DNA from: Acidobacteriaceae bacterium
GTDB taxonomy: Bacteria; Acidobacteriota; Terriglobia; Terriglobales; Acidobacteriaceae
Length of the DNA: 64,000 bases
Direction: 5' to 3'
Assembly: GCA_003156805.1 (NCBI GenBank)
Contig: PMHV01000006.1
Span: forward strand, 84,666 to 148,665
Part shown: one piece after another, positions 28,212-37,190 of the stretch
Layout of the letters: each line of letters starts with the position of its first letter
Position numbering within the stretch: the stretch's first letter is position 1
Translations under genes and position numbers: made by a program
The notes under the pieces: generated by a model
What the model was told of the DNA's origin: nothing
The model's input: the letters and a program-made list of their open reading frames with translations, nothing else
The model's database searches: none

Positions 28212-29027
28212 ATGAAACTTTCTCGCTCATCGGTTCAATCATTCTTACGATTCGTCTCGGTCTTGCTCGGTCTGATCTTGCTCACTCCGGCGTTGGGACT
28301 CACCGGCGCTAAAGATGATGCCAAGCAGATTACCGTCGCGGCCGCGGCCGACCTTAGTGCCGCTCTGGAGGAAGTTGCCGCCGGCTACGAAAAGAGCACA
28401 GGCACAAGGGTGGTTCTTTCCTTCGGAGCTTCGGGCACGCTGACCCAGCAGATTCAGAACGGCGCTCCTTTCGATATTTTCTTCTCGGCAGATATGGACT
28501 ATCCGCGGCAACTCATCGCGGCAGGCTACGCCGATGCGCCCACTCTGTACCGTTACGCGGTAGGCCGCCTCGTGCTGTGGGCGCCGGCCGACTCGCCGCT
28601 CGATTTCGACCGCGTAGGCATGAACGCGTTGCTCGATCCATCGGTGAAGAAAATTTCGATCGGGAACCCGCAACACGCGCCTTATGGACGAGCCGCAGTC
28701 GCCGCGCTGAAACACTACGGCCTGTATGAGAAGGTCACCGATCGTCTGGTGCTCGGCGAAAACGTTGCGCAGGCAGCGCAGTTTGTGGAGTCGGGCAATG
28801 CCCAGGTTGGCCTGGTCGCGCTAGCCCATGTGCTGGCTCCTGCGATGCAAGGCAAAGGAAAATACTGGCAAGTTCCGGTCGACGCCTATCCCCCGCTCGA
28901 ACAGGGCGTGGTGGTAGTCTCGCGCTCGGCGCACAAGCAAGACGCGGCGGCTTTCGTCGAATACATCAAGACAGCGGAAGCCGCGAAGGTTCTGCGGCGG
29001 TATGGTTTCGCGTTGCCGCCACAGTAA
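28212..29027 (+). CDS. modA: Molybdate ABC transporter substrate-binding protein
   Basis: Signal peptide, then ITVAAAADLS.AL…V.LSFGASGTLTQQI.NGAPFDIFFSAD, which is typical of ModA. It sits upstream of modB and modC. Confidence 0.85.
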   Translation: MKLSRSSVQSFLRFVSVLLGLILLTPALGLTGAKDDAKQITVAAAADLSAALEEVAAGYEKSTGTRVVLSFGASGTLTQQIQNGAPFDIFFSADMDYPRQLIAAGYADAPTLYRYAVGRLVLWAPADSPLDFDRVGMNALLDPSVKKISIGNPQHAPYGRAAVAALKHYGLYEKVTDRLVLGENVAQAAQFVESGNAQVGLVALAHVLAPAMQGKGKYWQVPVDAYPPLEQGVVVVSRSAHKQDAAAFVEYIKTAEAAKVLRRYGFALPPQ

Positions 29028-29082
29028 TTAAGAACTTCAAAACAAGGCGGCGGTAGCAAGATATCCATCTACGGAGTTATCC

Positions 29083-29778
29083 GTGCCCATAGATCTGCAG
29101 GCAGTCGATTGGCAGGCATTCGGTCTCACCCTGCAACTGGCGATGCTGGTGTCGGCGATCCTGTTCTTGCTGGGCCTGCCTCTCGCCTACTGGATCGCCT
29201 TTTCGCGCCGCCGCTGGAGATTTCTGATCGAGGCAGTGGTCGCGCTTCCCATCGTGCTGCCTCCCACGGTTCTCGGATTCTACGTGCTCGTCGCGCTCGG
29301 TTCGCGCAGCCCTCTGGGGCGCTGGTGGCAATCTCTTACCGGCCACACTCTGGCCTTCACCTTCAGCGGCCTAGTGATCGGCTCCGTCCTCTACAGCCTG
29401 CCCTTCGCCGTGCAACCGTTCGCCGCATCCTTCTCCGCGGTCGATCGCAAGCTGCTCGCAGCCTCGGCCACGTTGGGCGCTTCGCCGCTGCGCTCGTTCT
29501 TTCGTGTGGTGGTTCCGTTGTCGGCGCCCGGCCTGATCACCGGTGTGGCCTTGACCTTTGCCCACACCATGGGAGAGTTCGGCGTAGTGCTGATGGTGGG
29601 TGGCAACATTCCCGGCGTGACGCGCACTGTTTCCATCGACATCTACGATCAGGTTCAGGCGTCAAACTACGCCGCCGCCAACCAGACCGCGTTGCTGCTG
29701 CTGGTGTTATGCTTCGCGGTGCTCGCCGTAGTTTACGGATTGAACCGGCAAGCATGGACGATTGGTCCGGCCAAATAG
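29083..29778 (+). CDS. modB: Molybdate ABC transporter permease
   Basis: 231 aa with 5-6 TM segments. It has the EAA-like loop ASATLGASPLRSFFRVVVPLSAPG and TMGEFGVVLMVGGNIPG, which is typical of ModB/CysTW permeases. GTG start. Confidence 0.85.
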   Translation: MPIDLQAVDWQAFGLTLQLAMLVSAILFLLGLPLAYWIAFSRRRWRFLIEAVVALPIVLPPTVLGFYVLVALGSRSPLGRWWQSLTGHTLAFTFSGLVIGSVLYSLPFAVQPFAASFSAVDRKLLAASATLGASPLRSFFRVVVPLSAPGLITGVALTFAHTMGEFGVVLMVGGNIPGVTRTVSIDIYDQVQASNYAAANQTALLLLVLCFAVLAVVYGLNRQAWTIGPAK

Positions 29779-29789
29779 GCGAAGCTCAA

Positions 29790-31025
29790 ATGCCCAGCCC
29801 TGCGAATCAGCAAGAGGACCAGCAAGCACGCGAACGAGAAACCCCGCCAGAAACAAGGCCTGTGCTCACAGCGCGGATTGCCAAGACCCTGCTTTCTGCC
29901 GAGCGCGAATTCTCTCTCGACTTGGAGTTTGCTGCGACGCCGGGATTTACGATTCTCTTCGGCGCTTCCGGAGCGGGAAAGACCACTCTGCTCGATTGCG
30001 TTGCCGGCTTGGTCACGCCAGATGCCGGGCGGATTGCAATCGGCGAGAAAATCTTTTTTGACGTCGCCGGACGCATCGACGTTCCTGTCTCTCGGCGTGG
30101 CGTTGGATACGTTTTTCAGGATCTCGCGTTATTTCCGCATCTCACTGCCCAACAAAACGTTCAGTATGGTCTTGCATACCTTCCCCGCACTCAGCGTGAG
30201 GAGCGAGCTCTGGCGATTCTCCACGCATTCCATATCGAACAGCTGCGCCGGCAGCGTCCGGCGCAAATTTCAGGTGGAGAGCGCCAGCGCGTGGCCCTGG
30301 CGCGAGCCTTGGTAACCGATCCCGTCGTCCTCTTGCTCGACGAGCCACTCGCCGCGCTCGATACTCCCACCAAATCGAAGATTCTCGACGATTTGCGGCG
30401 CTGGAACCATGAGCATCAAATTCCGATTCTCTACGTCACGCATAGCCGCGAAGAAGTGTTCGCCCTGGGTGAAAGAGTTCTCGTGCTCGATCAGGGCAGA
30501 ATCATCGCCCAAGGTGCGCCGCATGAAGTACTGGGAGCTCCGCGCCGGGAAACCGTGGCTCAGCTAGCCGGCTTCGAAAACATTTTCGATGCCACCGTGG
30601 AATCGGTTCACGAAGACCGCGGGACGATGCTCTGCAGAATCATGCCTTGTAGAATCACGACCTGCGGAATCACGACCGCCGCAGTCGCGACCTCAAGCCC
30701 GCCGGGCAGCGAAGCCGTCGGAACTGTTTCGCTGGAAACTCCTCTCGTGCGCGCTGAGATCGGTTCGCCGCTTCGCATCGGAATCCGCGCCGGCGACATC
30801 CTGCTGGCTGTCGCGCCGCCGATTGGGTTGAGTGCACGCAACTTGATTCTGGGGCAGATCGTCTCACTGGAGCGTCGTGACGTGATCATTTCCGCCAAGG
30901 TAGACTGTGGAGTCGAAATGGAAGTTCACTTGACGCTCGCCTCCCGCGACGCACTGCAACTTGCGCCCGGTCGCGACGTATGGCTGGTGATCAAAACCCA
31001 TTCCTGCAGCTTGATGCCGCGCTGA
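29790..31025 (+). CDS. modC: Molybdate ABC transporter ATP-binding protein with a C-terminal TOBE/Mop domain
   Basis: Walker A GASGAGKTT, signature ISGGERQRVALARAL and Walker B VLLLDEPLAALD. The C-terminal TOBE-like region is RIGIRAGDILLA…ARNLILGQIV. The ORF-track entry 29109..31025 is the same frame. Upstream of ~29754/29790 it overlaps modB out of frame and is not modC. Confidence 0.85.
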   Translation: MPSPANQQEDQQARERETPPETRPVLTARIAKTLLSAEREFSLDLEFAATPGFTILFGASGAGKTTLLDCVAGLVTPDAGRIAIGEKIFFDVAGRIDVPVSRRGVGYVFQDLALFPHLTAQQNVQYGLAYLPRTQREERALAILHAFHIEQLRRQRPAQISGGERQRVALARALVTDPVVLLLDEPLAALDTPTKSKILDDLRRWNHEHQIPILYVTHSREEVFALGERVLVLDQGRIIAQGAPHEVLGAPRRETVAQLAGFENIFDATVESVHEDRGTMLCRIMPCRITTCGITTAAVATSSPPGSEAVGTVSLETPLVRAEIGSPLRIGIRAGDILLAVAPPIGLSARNLILGQIVSLERRDVIISAKVDCGVEMEVHLTLASRDALQLAPGRDVWLVIKTHSCSLMPR

Positions 31026-31038
31026 AAGACCCAAAAAC

Positions 31039-31144
31039 GACCTCGGACCTCAGACCTCAGCAAAACTGGTCCGAGGTCAAAAGGCTAAGGTCTGAGGTCC
31101 AAGGTCTGAGGTCCGAGGTCCGAAGTCCGAGGTCTGAGGTTCTG
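31039..31144. repeat. Heptanucleotide tandem repeat array: 3 units of GACCTCR, an 8-nt spacer, then ~11 units of the inverse GGTCYGA
   Basis: It reads gacctcg gacctca gacctca | gcaaaact | ggtccga ggtcaaa aggctaa ggtctga ggtccaa ggtctga ggtccga ggtccga agtccga ggtctga ggttctg. The two blocks are reverse complements of each other, so a long imperfect hairpin is possible. It lies between the convergent genes modC and the GT39-like gene. Confidence 0.85.
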
Positions 31145-32806
31145 CTCCGCCTCTTCCACTCGCTCCATCTCGATCACGGCAATCCACTGTCCCTTGCGCT
31201 CTTCGGAAAACAGCACGCGTCCACCCAGAATTTGCGCGACCGCTGCTGGTGGAAGATCGCGGTGAAAGCCGAAGAACCGCATTTTCACTTCTGTCCAGGT
31301 ACGCCAGCGATCCCATGGTGCGGGCCCGGGTTCATATTTCGTCGAGAAAACCAGCGCGACTTCGTAATTCGAGCGAAAGTCGGCGGCCGAGAGCACTTCG
31401 TCGAGTGAAAAGTTTTCAGTCCGCACCACGCGCATGGGTCGCGTGATATAGCCCAGCCATGGTCGTGTCAGTTCGTCCGACGCGGGCCACGCCGTCAGCA
31501 CGCGCGCCATGGGGTAGCGAGCTTCCAGGAATCGTTCGCCGTCTTCGTGCAGCACAATGTAATCGCGATAGGCAAGATTATCTTCAGGCGCAAATCCGTA
31601 AGAAGGATTCCAGAACCACCCCGCCACAAAGCTTGCCGCCACCAGCATCACGGCCACAGGCCACAGAGTCAGCCTCCGCCAAAGAGTCGAGACCGCAAGA
31701 ATGATGACAAGTGGAACCGCGGTGAGCATATACCGGGCCAGCACAGCACCGCCAATCAAAGACATCGCTACGACATACCCCGCCACGACCACGGCAAAAA
31801 CCATCTGTACCGGAATCGCGATCCGCGGACGTTCGCCGTCCGCATCGCGCCGTGGCGGCAGCAGCCACATCGCGCATAGCATGGCTAGCGTCAGCACCCA
31901 CAGGTGCAGATACCCAAATACCTGCCACAGCCGCAGCGTGAGCGCCAGCAGGAATCGGTCCGGGTTCATCGTAGCGGCAACGTTGTAGCGGAAATATTCG
32001 GGGTTGCCGAAGATGTAACCCGTTCGCGCGTAGTGGTATGCGTACCACAGCGTAAGCACAACAACCGGCATAAGCAGCGAAGCCATTCGCCGCGCCAAAC
32101 CACCGCCAGATTCGAAACCAGGTTCCTCCGCAGCATGGGGACGCCACAACTGTCGCAACCGTCCTGCGCGAGCGAATCGACCAGCAAACTCCCATCCCGC
32201 CAGCGCTACGGGTGCCAGAATTGCCGTTTCTTTGGATAAGACGGCCAGTGTCAACCACACAGCCGTCCCAACCGTTTGACCTTCCAAGTACGCAGCCAGT
32301 CCCCAGAATGTGAATCCCGCCGCGGCCAGATCCACCTGCGCGAGAGAGCTCTGCGCGAAGAATACCGGATACACCGCCGTGCAAAGCGTAGCCGCGATCG
32401 CGACTTGGGTGTTGGACACGCGCTCCGCTAATCGAAACACGCCTGCCAGCGAAAATGCCGCGACCACCAGCATGGCCGTCCGCGCCACCGGAGAAGCGAA
32501 CCCAACCACCTTCCACCACAGCGCCAGCCAGGCCAGCACCAGCGGCGGGTGCGCGTTCGACACCGTGGAGTGTGGAATCAAACTTCCCGTAAGCAGAATA
32601 TCGCGCGCTGCCGGGACGTAGTATCCCGCCTCGTCCCAGAAGTAAGGCAACTGCAGAAGAGGAAGATGCAGGAGGAAAATGAAAACAAAAACGAGCGCAA
32701 ACACTAGGGCCGGGTGGGGGCCGCTCGGCGTCAGGCGCCGGGCTTCCGGCTTCTGCAACCCGAGGCCCGGCGGCCACACCCGGGGAGCCGTCTTGTTGAA
32801 GCTCAC
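31085..32806 (-). CDS. Membrane glycosyltransferase, GT39 / ArnT-PMT-like
   Basis: 573 aa with more than 10 TM segments. The N-terminal loop LLQLPYFWDEAGYYVPAARDIL (DE motif in the first periplasmic loop) is typical of ArnT/PMT_2 family proteins. The last ~19 codons lie inside the heptamer array, so the true C-terminus is uncertain. Confidence 0.65.
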   Translation of the reverse strand: MSFNKTAPRVWPPGLGLQKPEARRLTPSGPHPALVFALVFVFIFLLHLPLLQLPYFWDEAGYYVPAARDILLTGSLIPHSTVSNAHPPLVLAWLALWWKVVGFASPVARTAMLVVAAFSLAGVFRLAERVSNTQVAIAATLCTAVYPVFFAQSSLAQVDLAAAGFTFWGLAAYLEGQTVGTAVWLTLAVLSKETAILAPVALAGWEFAGRFARAGRLRQLWRPHAAEEPGFESGGGLARRMASLLMPVVVLTLWYAYHYARTGYIFGNPEYFRYNVAATMNPDRFLLALTLRLWQVFGYLHLWVLTLAMLCAMWLLPPRRDADGERPRIAIPVQMVFAVVVAGYVVAMSLIGGAVLARYMLTAVPLVIILAVSTLWRRLTLWPVAVMLVAASFVAGWFWNPSYGFAPEDNLAYRDYIVLHEDGERFLEARYPMARVLTAWPASDELTRPWLGYITRPMRVVRTENFSLDEVLSAADFRSNYEVALVFSTKYEPGPAPWDRWRTWTEVKMRFFGFHRDLPPAAVAQILGGRVLFSEERKGQWIAVIEMERVEEAEQNLRPRTSDLGPQTLDLRP

Positions 32807-32807
32807 C

Positions 32808-33104
32808 CTAATGCACCGGCCCGCCCGGCGTCATACGCGGATCGAGCTTGATATCGCCAAACGCACTCTCGTAGCTGGCCACGTTCTGCTGCAGCAGTCC
32901 CACCAGCGCTTTGGCCTGCTGCGGGCTCAAATAGATGCCCTGAAAGTTCCGAATCTCCACATGGGTTTCGCTCTGCGGCTGCAGGGTTCCGAAAACCATG
33001 AAGAAATCCCAGACGTTCACTCGCATCTGCACGCTGTTGGCATATTGTTCGCGGTAGTCGGGGGCGTTCACCAGCTTGATATTGGGTTGCGGTGGAAGAC
33101 TCAT
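32808..33104 (-). CDS. DUF3467-like small protein
   Basis: …IKLVNAPDYREQYANSVQMRVNVWDFFMVFGTL…IYLSPQQAKALVGLLQQNV matches my memory of the DUF3467 pattern. I chose the internal Met as start (the ORF track extends to 33341). Its stop lies 1 nt before the GT39-like start. Confidence 0.5.
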   Translation of the reverse strand: MSLPPQPNIKLVNAPDYREQYANSVQMRVNVWDFFMVFGTLQPQSETHVEIRNFQGIYLSPQQAKALVGLLQQNVASYESAFGDIKLDPRMTPGGPVH

Positions 33105-33403
33105 AGGCTGGAAGTGTAATGACTTTTGGGGCTGAAAGGAAAGATCGGGTTGCGGAAATCGCTCGCAAGCCATGGTTCGACCCAGGATGTCTGCGCGATG
33201 CCGCGCTTCCGTTGACAAAAAGTGTCGATCCGATGGCTGGTTTCTGACTGATTCCGCTCTTAGAATCCGCCCCAGAAGGCCATGACCAGCCGCTACTATG
33301 CTGAAAATAAAACTCTTGTAGGATAGCTCTACAAATGCCAAGTGGCGTTCAAAATGCGGGAATTGGAACGATTCCTAAATGAACTCGAACCGCTGAGTGT
33401 CCT

Positions 33404-33955
33404 ATGAACCAGAAGATTGAAAACGCCGCCGTGGAGGAGATTATTCTGCCGGAGAATCTTCTCCCACTGGGCGCTGTGCTCGGCCAGGGAGTCACGCCGC
33501 TCGATGTCAGCATGGTCCTGGCGAAGGTGTTTCGCGTACAGTACACCGAAGTTGCCCTGCTGCGGCTGGATGGCGGACTGCTGCGCTTCATTTTTCCCGA
33601 GCATCTGCGTACCACCGGGGCGATTCCCATTTCCAGCAAGGCGGTAGCCGCGCACACGGCCTTGAGTAAGAAAGCTGAGATTTTCAACAACTTTGCCCGC
33701 GTCAAGCACGCCAGCATCTTCGAGACAATCAAGCCCATCGGCGCGGATACGGACGTTCCAGTTCCGCCCCCGCCGATCCAGAAACTGATGTCAGTGCCCA
33801 TCCTGGATCGCGACTCCAACGTGCTGGGTGTGATTCAAATCTCGCGCAAGGGTCTGGATCCCCGCTTTACCCAGGATTTCAGCCGCGAAGATCTGCACGA
33901 TCTCGAACTCGCCGCAGGAGTGCTGGCCGCCTCGCCCGTTTTACAAGCCAACTAA
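33404..33955 (+). CDS. Stand-alone GAF-domain protein
   Basis: 183 aa. The pattern …VALLRLDGGLLRFIFPEHL…IPISS.AVAAHTALSKKAEIFNNF…LMSVPILDRDSNVLGVIQISRKG… resembles a GAF fold. No output domain is present. Confidence 0.55.
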   Translation: MNQKIENAAVEEIILPENLLPLGAVLGQGVTPLDVSMVLAKVFRVQYTEVALLRLDGGLLRFIFPEHLRTTGAIPISSKAVAAHTALSKKAEIFNNFARVKHASIFETIKPIGADTDVPVPPPPIQKLMSVPILDRDSNVLGVIQISRKGLDPRFTQDFSREDLHDLELAAGVLAASPVLQAN

Positions 33956-34027
33956 TCGGCTCTTGCCCTGCTGGCAACCTTCCGTGAGTCCTCTGGATTT
34001 ACCGCCGCTTTCGCCTGGAGTCTTTCT

Positions 34028-37000
34028 CTAAACCTGAAGCACATCCCCTTCGCGGGCAACCATCTCGTACAACACGGGATTGACGAAGAATCCGATGAAA
34101 AGGCGGGAGATGAGGCCGGCGACGATGACGATGGCGAACGGTCTTTGCGTATCCGATCCAATGCCGGTGGAGAGAGCGGCCGGCAACAATCCCAGGCACG
34201 CCACGAGAGCTGTCATCATGATCGGACGGAGCCGCAGGAGCGAAGCTTCCCGTGTGGCCGTGCGGATGCCCATCCCTTCCAGGCGCAGCTTATTGATGTA
34301 GGAAACGAGAATGACCGCAGTCTCCACGGAAACCCCGAGCAACGCCAGAAGACCCAGGACCGAGGAAACGCTGAACGGAGTGTGAGTGAGTTTCAGCGCA
34401 ACCAGCGCACCCACAGGTTCGGTCATGATTACACCCAGGGCAATGGTGAAAGGAAATTTGAAATTTCCGTAGAGGGCAAACAGGATCATGAAAATCAGCA
34501 CGACGGCCAGCGGACCAATGAAATACATCTGCGACCTGGCCTCGAGAAACTGGCTGTATTCGCCGCCCCAGGCCATGGTGTAACCCTGCGGCAGGCTCAC
34601 TACCCTCTTCACCGCAGCTTGGCCGTCGTGTACCGCCCGCTCTAAATCACGCCCCTCGATGCTGTACTGCACGCCGATGTAACGAGAATTGTTCTCGCGA
34701 TAAATAAACGACGCACCGTTTCCCTGGGTGATATTGGCGAGTTGGCTTAGCGGAATCTGCTGCCCGTCCGGCGTACCCACCAACAGATTTCCAATCTCAT
34801 GCGCGCTGCTCCGGAATTGGGGTTGCATGCGGACAACCAGATCGAACAACTTCTCCCCTTGAATGACTTGGGTGACCGCCTGCCCGCCCACTGCGGCCGA
34901 AATCACAGCTTCTACATCCGCAACGTTGATGCCATACCGTGCAATCTTGTCGCGGTCAACATCGACTAAGAGGCTGGGCTGGCCGAGTTCGCGGACCACC
35001 GTAAGATCGGTGAACCCGGGCACTCCGGAGAGTGTGTTCTTGATCTGAATCGCTTTGTCCTGCAGTACATTCAGGTCATCGCCATATACTTTGACCGCCA
35101 AAGAGCTCTTGAGACCGGTCAGTGCTTCGTCTACGGCATCTTCGGCGGGCTGCGTGTAGTTGAAAATGATCCCGGGGAAGGCAGTGAGTTTCTTATTGAT
35201 CGATTCGATGAGTTGTTTTTTCTCGCTGAGGTCGCCGGTCCATGCCTTGTCTTTGTATGGCTTGAGGCCGACGTAGAACTCGCAGTTAAAAAAGCCTGTA
35301 GGATCGGTGCCGTCGTCGGGCCGTCCTAACTCCGAACCCACCACCGTAACCTGCGGATACGACGCCAGAATGTCGCGTATCTGAGGAGCGATGCTGCTGG
35401 CCTCTTCAAAGGAGATCGTGTAGGGCATGGTAGCCCTTACCCAAAGCGCGCCTTCATCGAGGTGAGGCATAAACTCGCCGCCGATGAAAGGTACCAGCAG
35501 CAAGGCCGCTCCGAAAATCAGGGTCGCGATTACAATGGTGGTCTTGGGCCGGTCGAGCGCCCAATCGAGCTGGCCGGCGTATTTCCCCTTCATCCATTCG
35601 AAGGCGCGATTCCTTTTCTCGCGCACGCCGTTCTTGAACCAGTAGGAAGCGAGCACGGGGATCAGCGTGAGCGTCAGGATGAGCGCGCCGACCAGAGCAA
35701 ACGACATGGTCTCAGCCATGGGGTGGAACAGTTTTCCCGAAGGGCCGTTCAACGCGTAAATCGGCAGATAGCCGGCGAGGATAACGGCGACCGAATAGAA
35801 GATCGGCCGATCCACATCTTTGGCCGCCGCAAGAATGACTTCGTTCAGGTTGTAGCGCTGTCCCTCTCGCAGCGCCAGCTCGCGGTAAATGTTTTCAATC
35901 ATCACCACGGTGCCGTCGATGACGATTCCGAAATCAATGGCGCCGATGGAAAGCAAATTCGCAGCCACGTCGTGCGCGTGGAGCACGATGAAGGCAAACA
36001 AAAGCGAGAGCGGAATGGTGAGCGCAACAATCACGGCCGCGCGGAAGCTCACCAGGAAGAAAATCAGCACGATCAAAACCAGCACCATGCCGCGAAGCAG
36101 GTTGGCTTCCACCGTGTCCGTAGTAAGATCTACCAATTCACTGCGGTCGTAATAAGGATGAATCTTGACGTCGGGCGGCAGGATCTGGCGGTTCAGTTCC
36201 TCCGTCTTGGCTTCAACTCCTTTGAGGACGTTCTGTGTCTGCTCTCCACGCAGCATGAGAATGACGCCCTCGACTGCATCGTCATTTTTCTGGAAACCGA
36301 ATTCGCCCAGGCGCGGCGCGTGCCCGATGGTTACATCTCCTATATCTCTCACTCGAATGGGCACGCCCTTGTTGGCCCCGACCACGATGTTTCCAATGTC
36401 ATCCGTGTTCTTGACCAGCCCGATTCCGCGAACGTAGTAGAACTGTCCCCCCTGAGAATAAAAGCCGCCTCCAGCATTCGAGTTATTGGCCGCTAGCGCA
36501 GTCGTGACTTGCGGAATGGTGAGGTGATACCCGTAGATGCGCGCCGGGTCGAGCAGTACCTGATATTGCATCACGGTTCCGCCGAAACCGGAGTCGTCAG
36601 CCACGCCGTGAACAGAACGGTAAGCGCGTTCAATCACCCAGTCTTCAAACGTTTTCAGTTCCTGAGGGCTGCGGTCGGGACTCTCCAGCACATAGCGATA
36701 CACCAGGCCACTGGGGCTGAACAGGGGCGCGAGGCTCGGAGTTACTCCTGTCGGCAGCGTGGCTTGCGCGAGCCGCTCAAAAACAATCTGCCGCGCGAAA
36801 TAGTCGTCGGTGCTGTCTTCAAAAGTCAGGATGAGATCGGACAGTCCATAGAGCGAAATGGACCGCATCACCACCATGTGCGGAACGCCGTTCATCTCGA
36901 GTTCAAGAGGAAGCGTGACCAACCGTTCGACTTCTTCCGCGGCGTGGTCCGGCCACTGGGTGATGACTTCAACCTGCGGAGGCGAAAGGTCGGGATACGC

Positions 37001-37111
37001 ATCCACCGGCATCCGCTGAAAAGACAGGATTCCCCCGACCGTGATGAAGGCGGTCAGCATCAGTACCAGGAATCTTTGCCGCAGCGCCGCTTGGACTATT
37101 CGGTGAATCAT
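34028..37111 (-). CDS. czcA: Heavy-metal efflux RND transporter, CusA/CzcA family
   Basis: 1027 aa with a 12-TM RND architecture and two large periplasmic loops. N-terminus MIHRIVQAALRQRFLVLMLT…PVDAYPDLSPPQVEVIT, and the overall sequence is typical of HME-RND pumps. Confidence 0.9.
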   Translation of the reverse strand: MIHRIVQAALRQRFLVLMLTAFITVGGILSFQRMPVDAYPDLSPPQVEVITQWPDHAAEEVERLVTLPLELEMNGVPHMVVMRSISLYGLSDLILTFEDSTDDYFARQIVFERLAQATLPTGVTPSLAPLFSPSGLVYRYVLESPDRSPQELKTFEDWVIERAYRSVHGVADDSGFGGTVMQYQVLLDPARIYGYHLTIPQVTTALAANNSNAGGGFYSQGGQFYYVRGIGLVKNTDDIGNIVVGANKGVPIRVRDIGDVTIGHAPRLGEFGFQKNDDAVEGVILMLRGEQTQNVLKGVEAKTEELNRQILPPDVKIHPYYDRSELVDLTTDTVEANLLRGMVLVLIVLIFFLVSFRAAVIVALTIPLSLLFAFIVLHAHDVAANLLSIGAIDFGIVIDGTVVMIENIYRELALREGQRYNLNEVILAAAKDVDRPIFYSVAVILAGYLPIYALNGPSGKLFHPMAETMSFALVGALILTLTLIPVLASYWFKNGVREKRNRAFEWMKGKYAGQLDWALDRPKTTIVIATLIFGAALLLVPFIGGEFMPHLDEGALWVRATMPYTISFEEASSIAPQIRDILASYPQVTVVGSELGRPDDGTDPTGFFNCEFYVGLKPYKDKAWTGDLSEKKQLIESINKKLTAFPGIIFNYTQPAEDAVDEALTGLKSSLAVKVYGDDLNVLQDKAIQIKNTLSGVPGFTDLTVVRELGQPSLLVDVDRDKIARYGINVADVEAVISAAVGGQAVTQVIQGEKLFDLVVRMQPQFRSSAHEIGNLLVGTPDGQQIPLSQLANITQGNGASFIYRENNSRYIGVQYSIEGRDLERAVHDGQAAVKRVVSLPQGYTMAWGGEYSQFLEARSQMYFIGPLAVVLIFMILFALYGNFKFPFTIALGVIMTEPVGALVALKLTHTPFSVSSVLGLLALLGVSVETAVILVSYINKLRLEGMGIRTATREASLLRLRPIMMTALVACLGLLPAALSTGIGSDTQRPFAIVIVAGLISRLFIGFFVNPVLYEMVAREGDVLQV

Positions 37112-37190
37112 TCCGGTGTGGTGGACACTATCCTGTCAGATTTCTTGGAACACTGGCCTTGGAACATTGGATGAATTTTGCGCCGTCCGT

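Noticed and set aside
29109-29789. N-terminal 227 codons of the 638-aa ORF-track entry that ends as modC
   Set aside because: This part overlaps modB in another frame and translates to Arg/Pro/Ser-rich sequence with no recognisable features. ABC-ATPase homology only begins after the Met at 29790 (or 29754).
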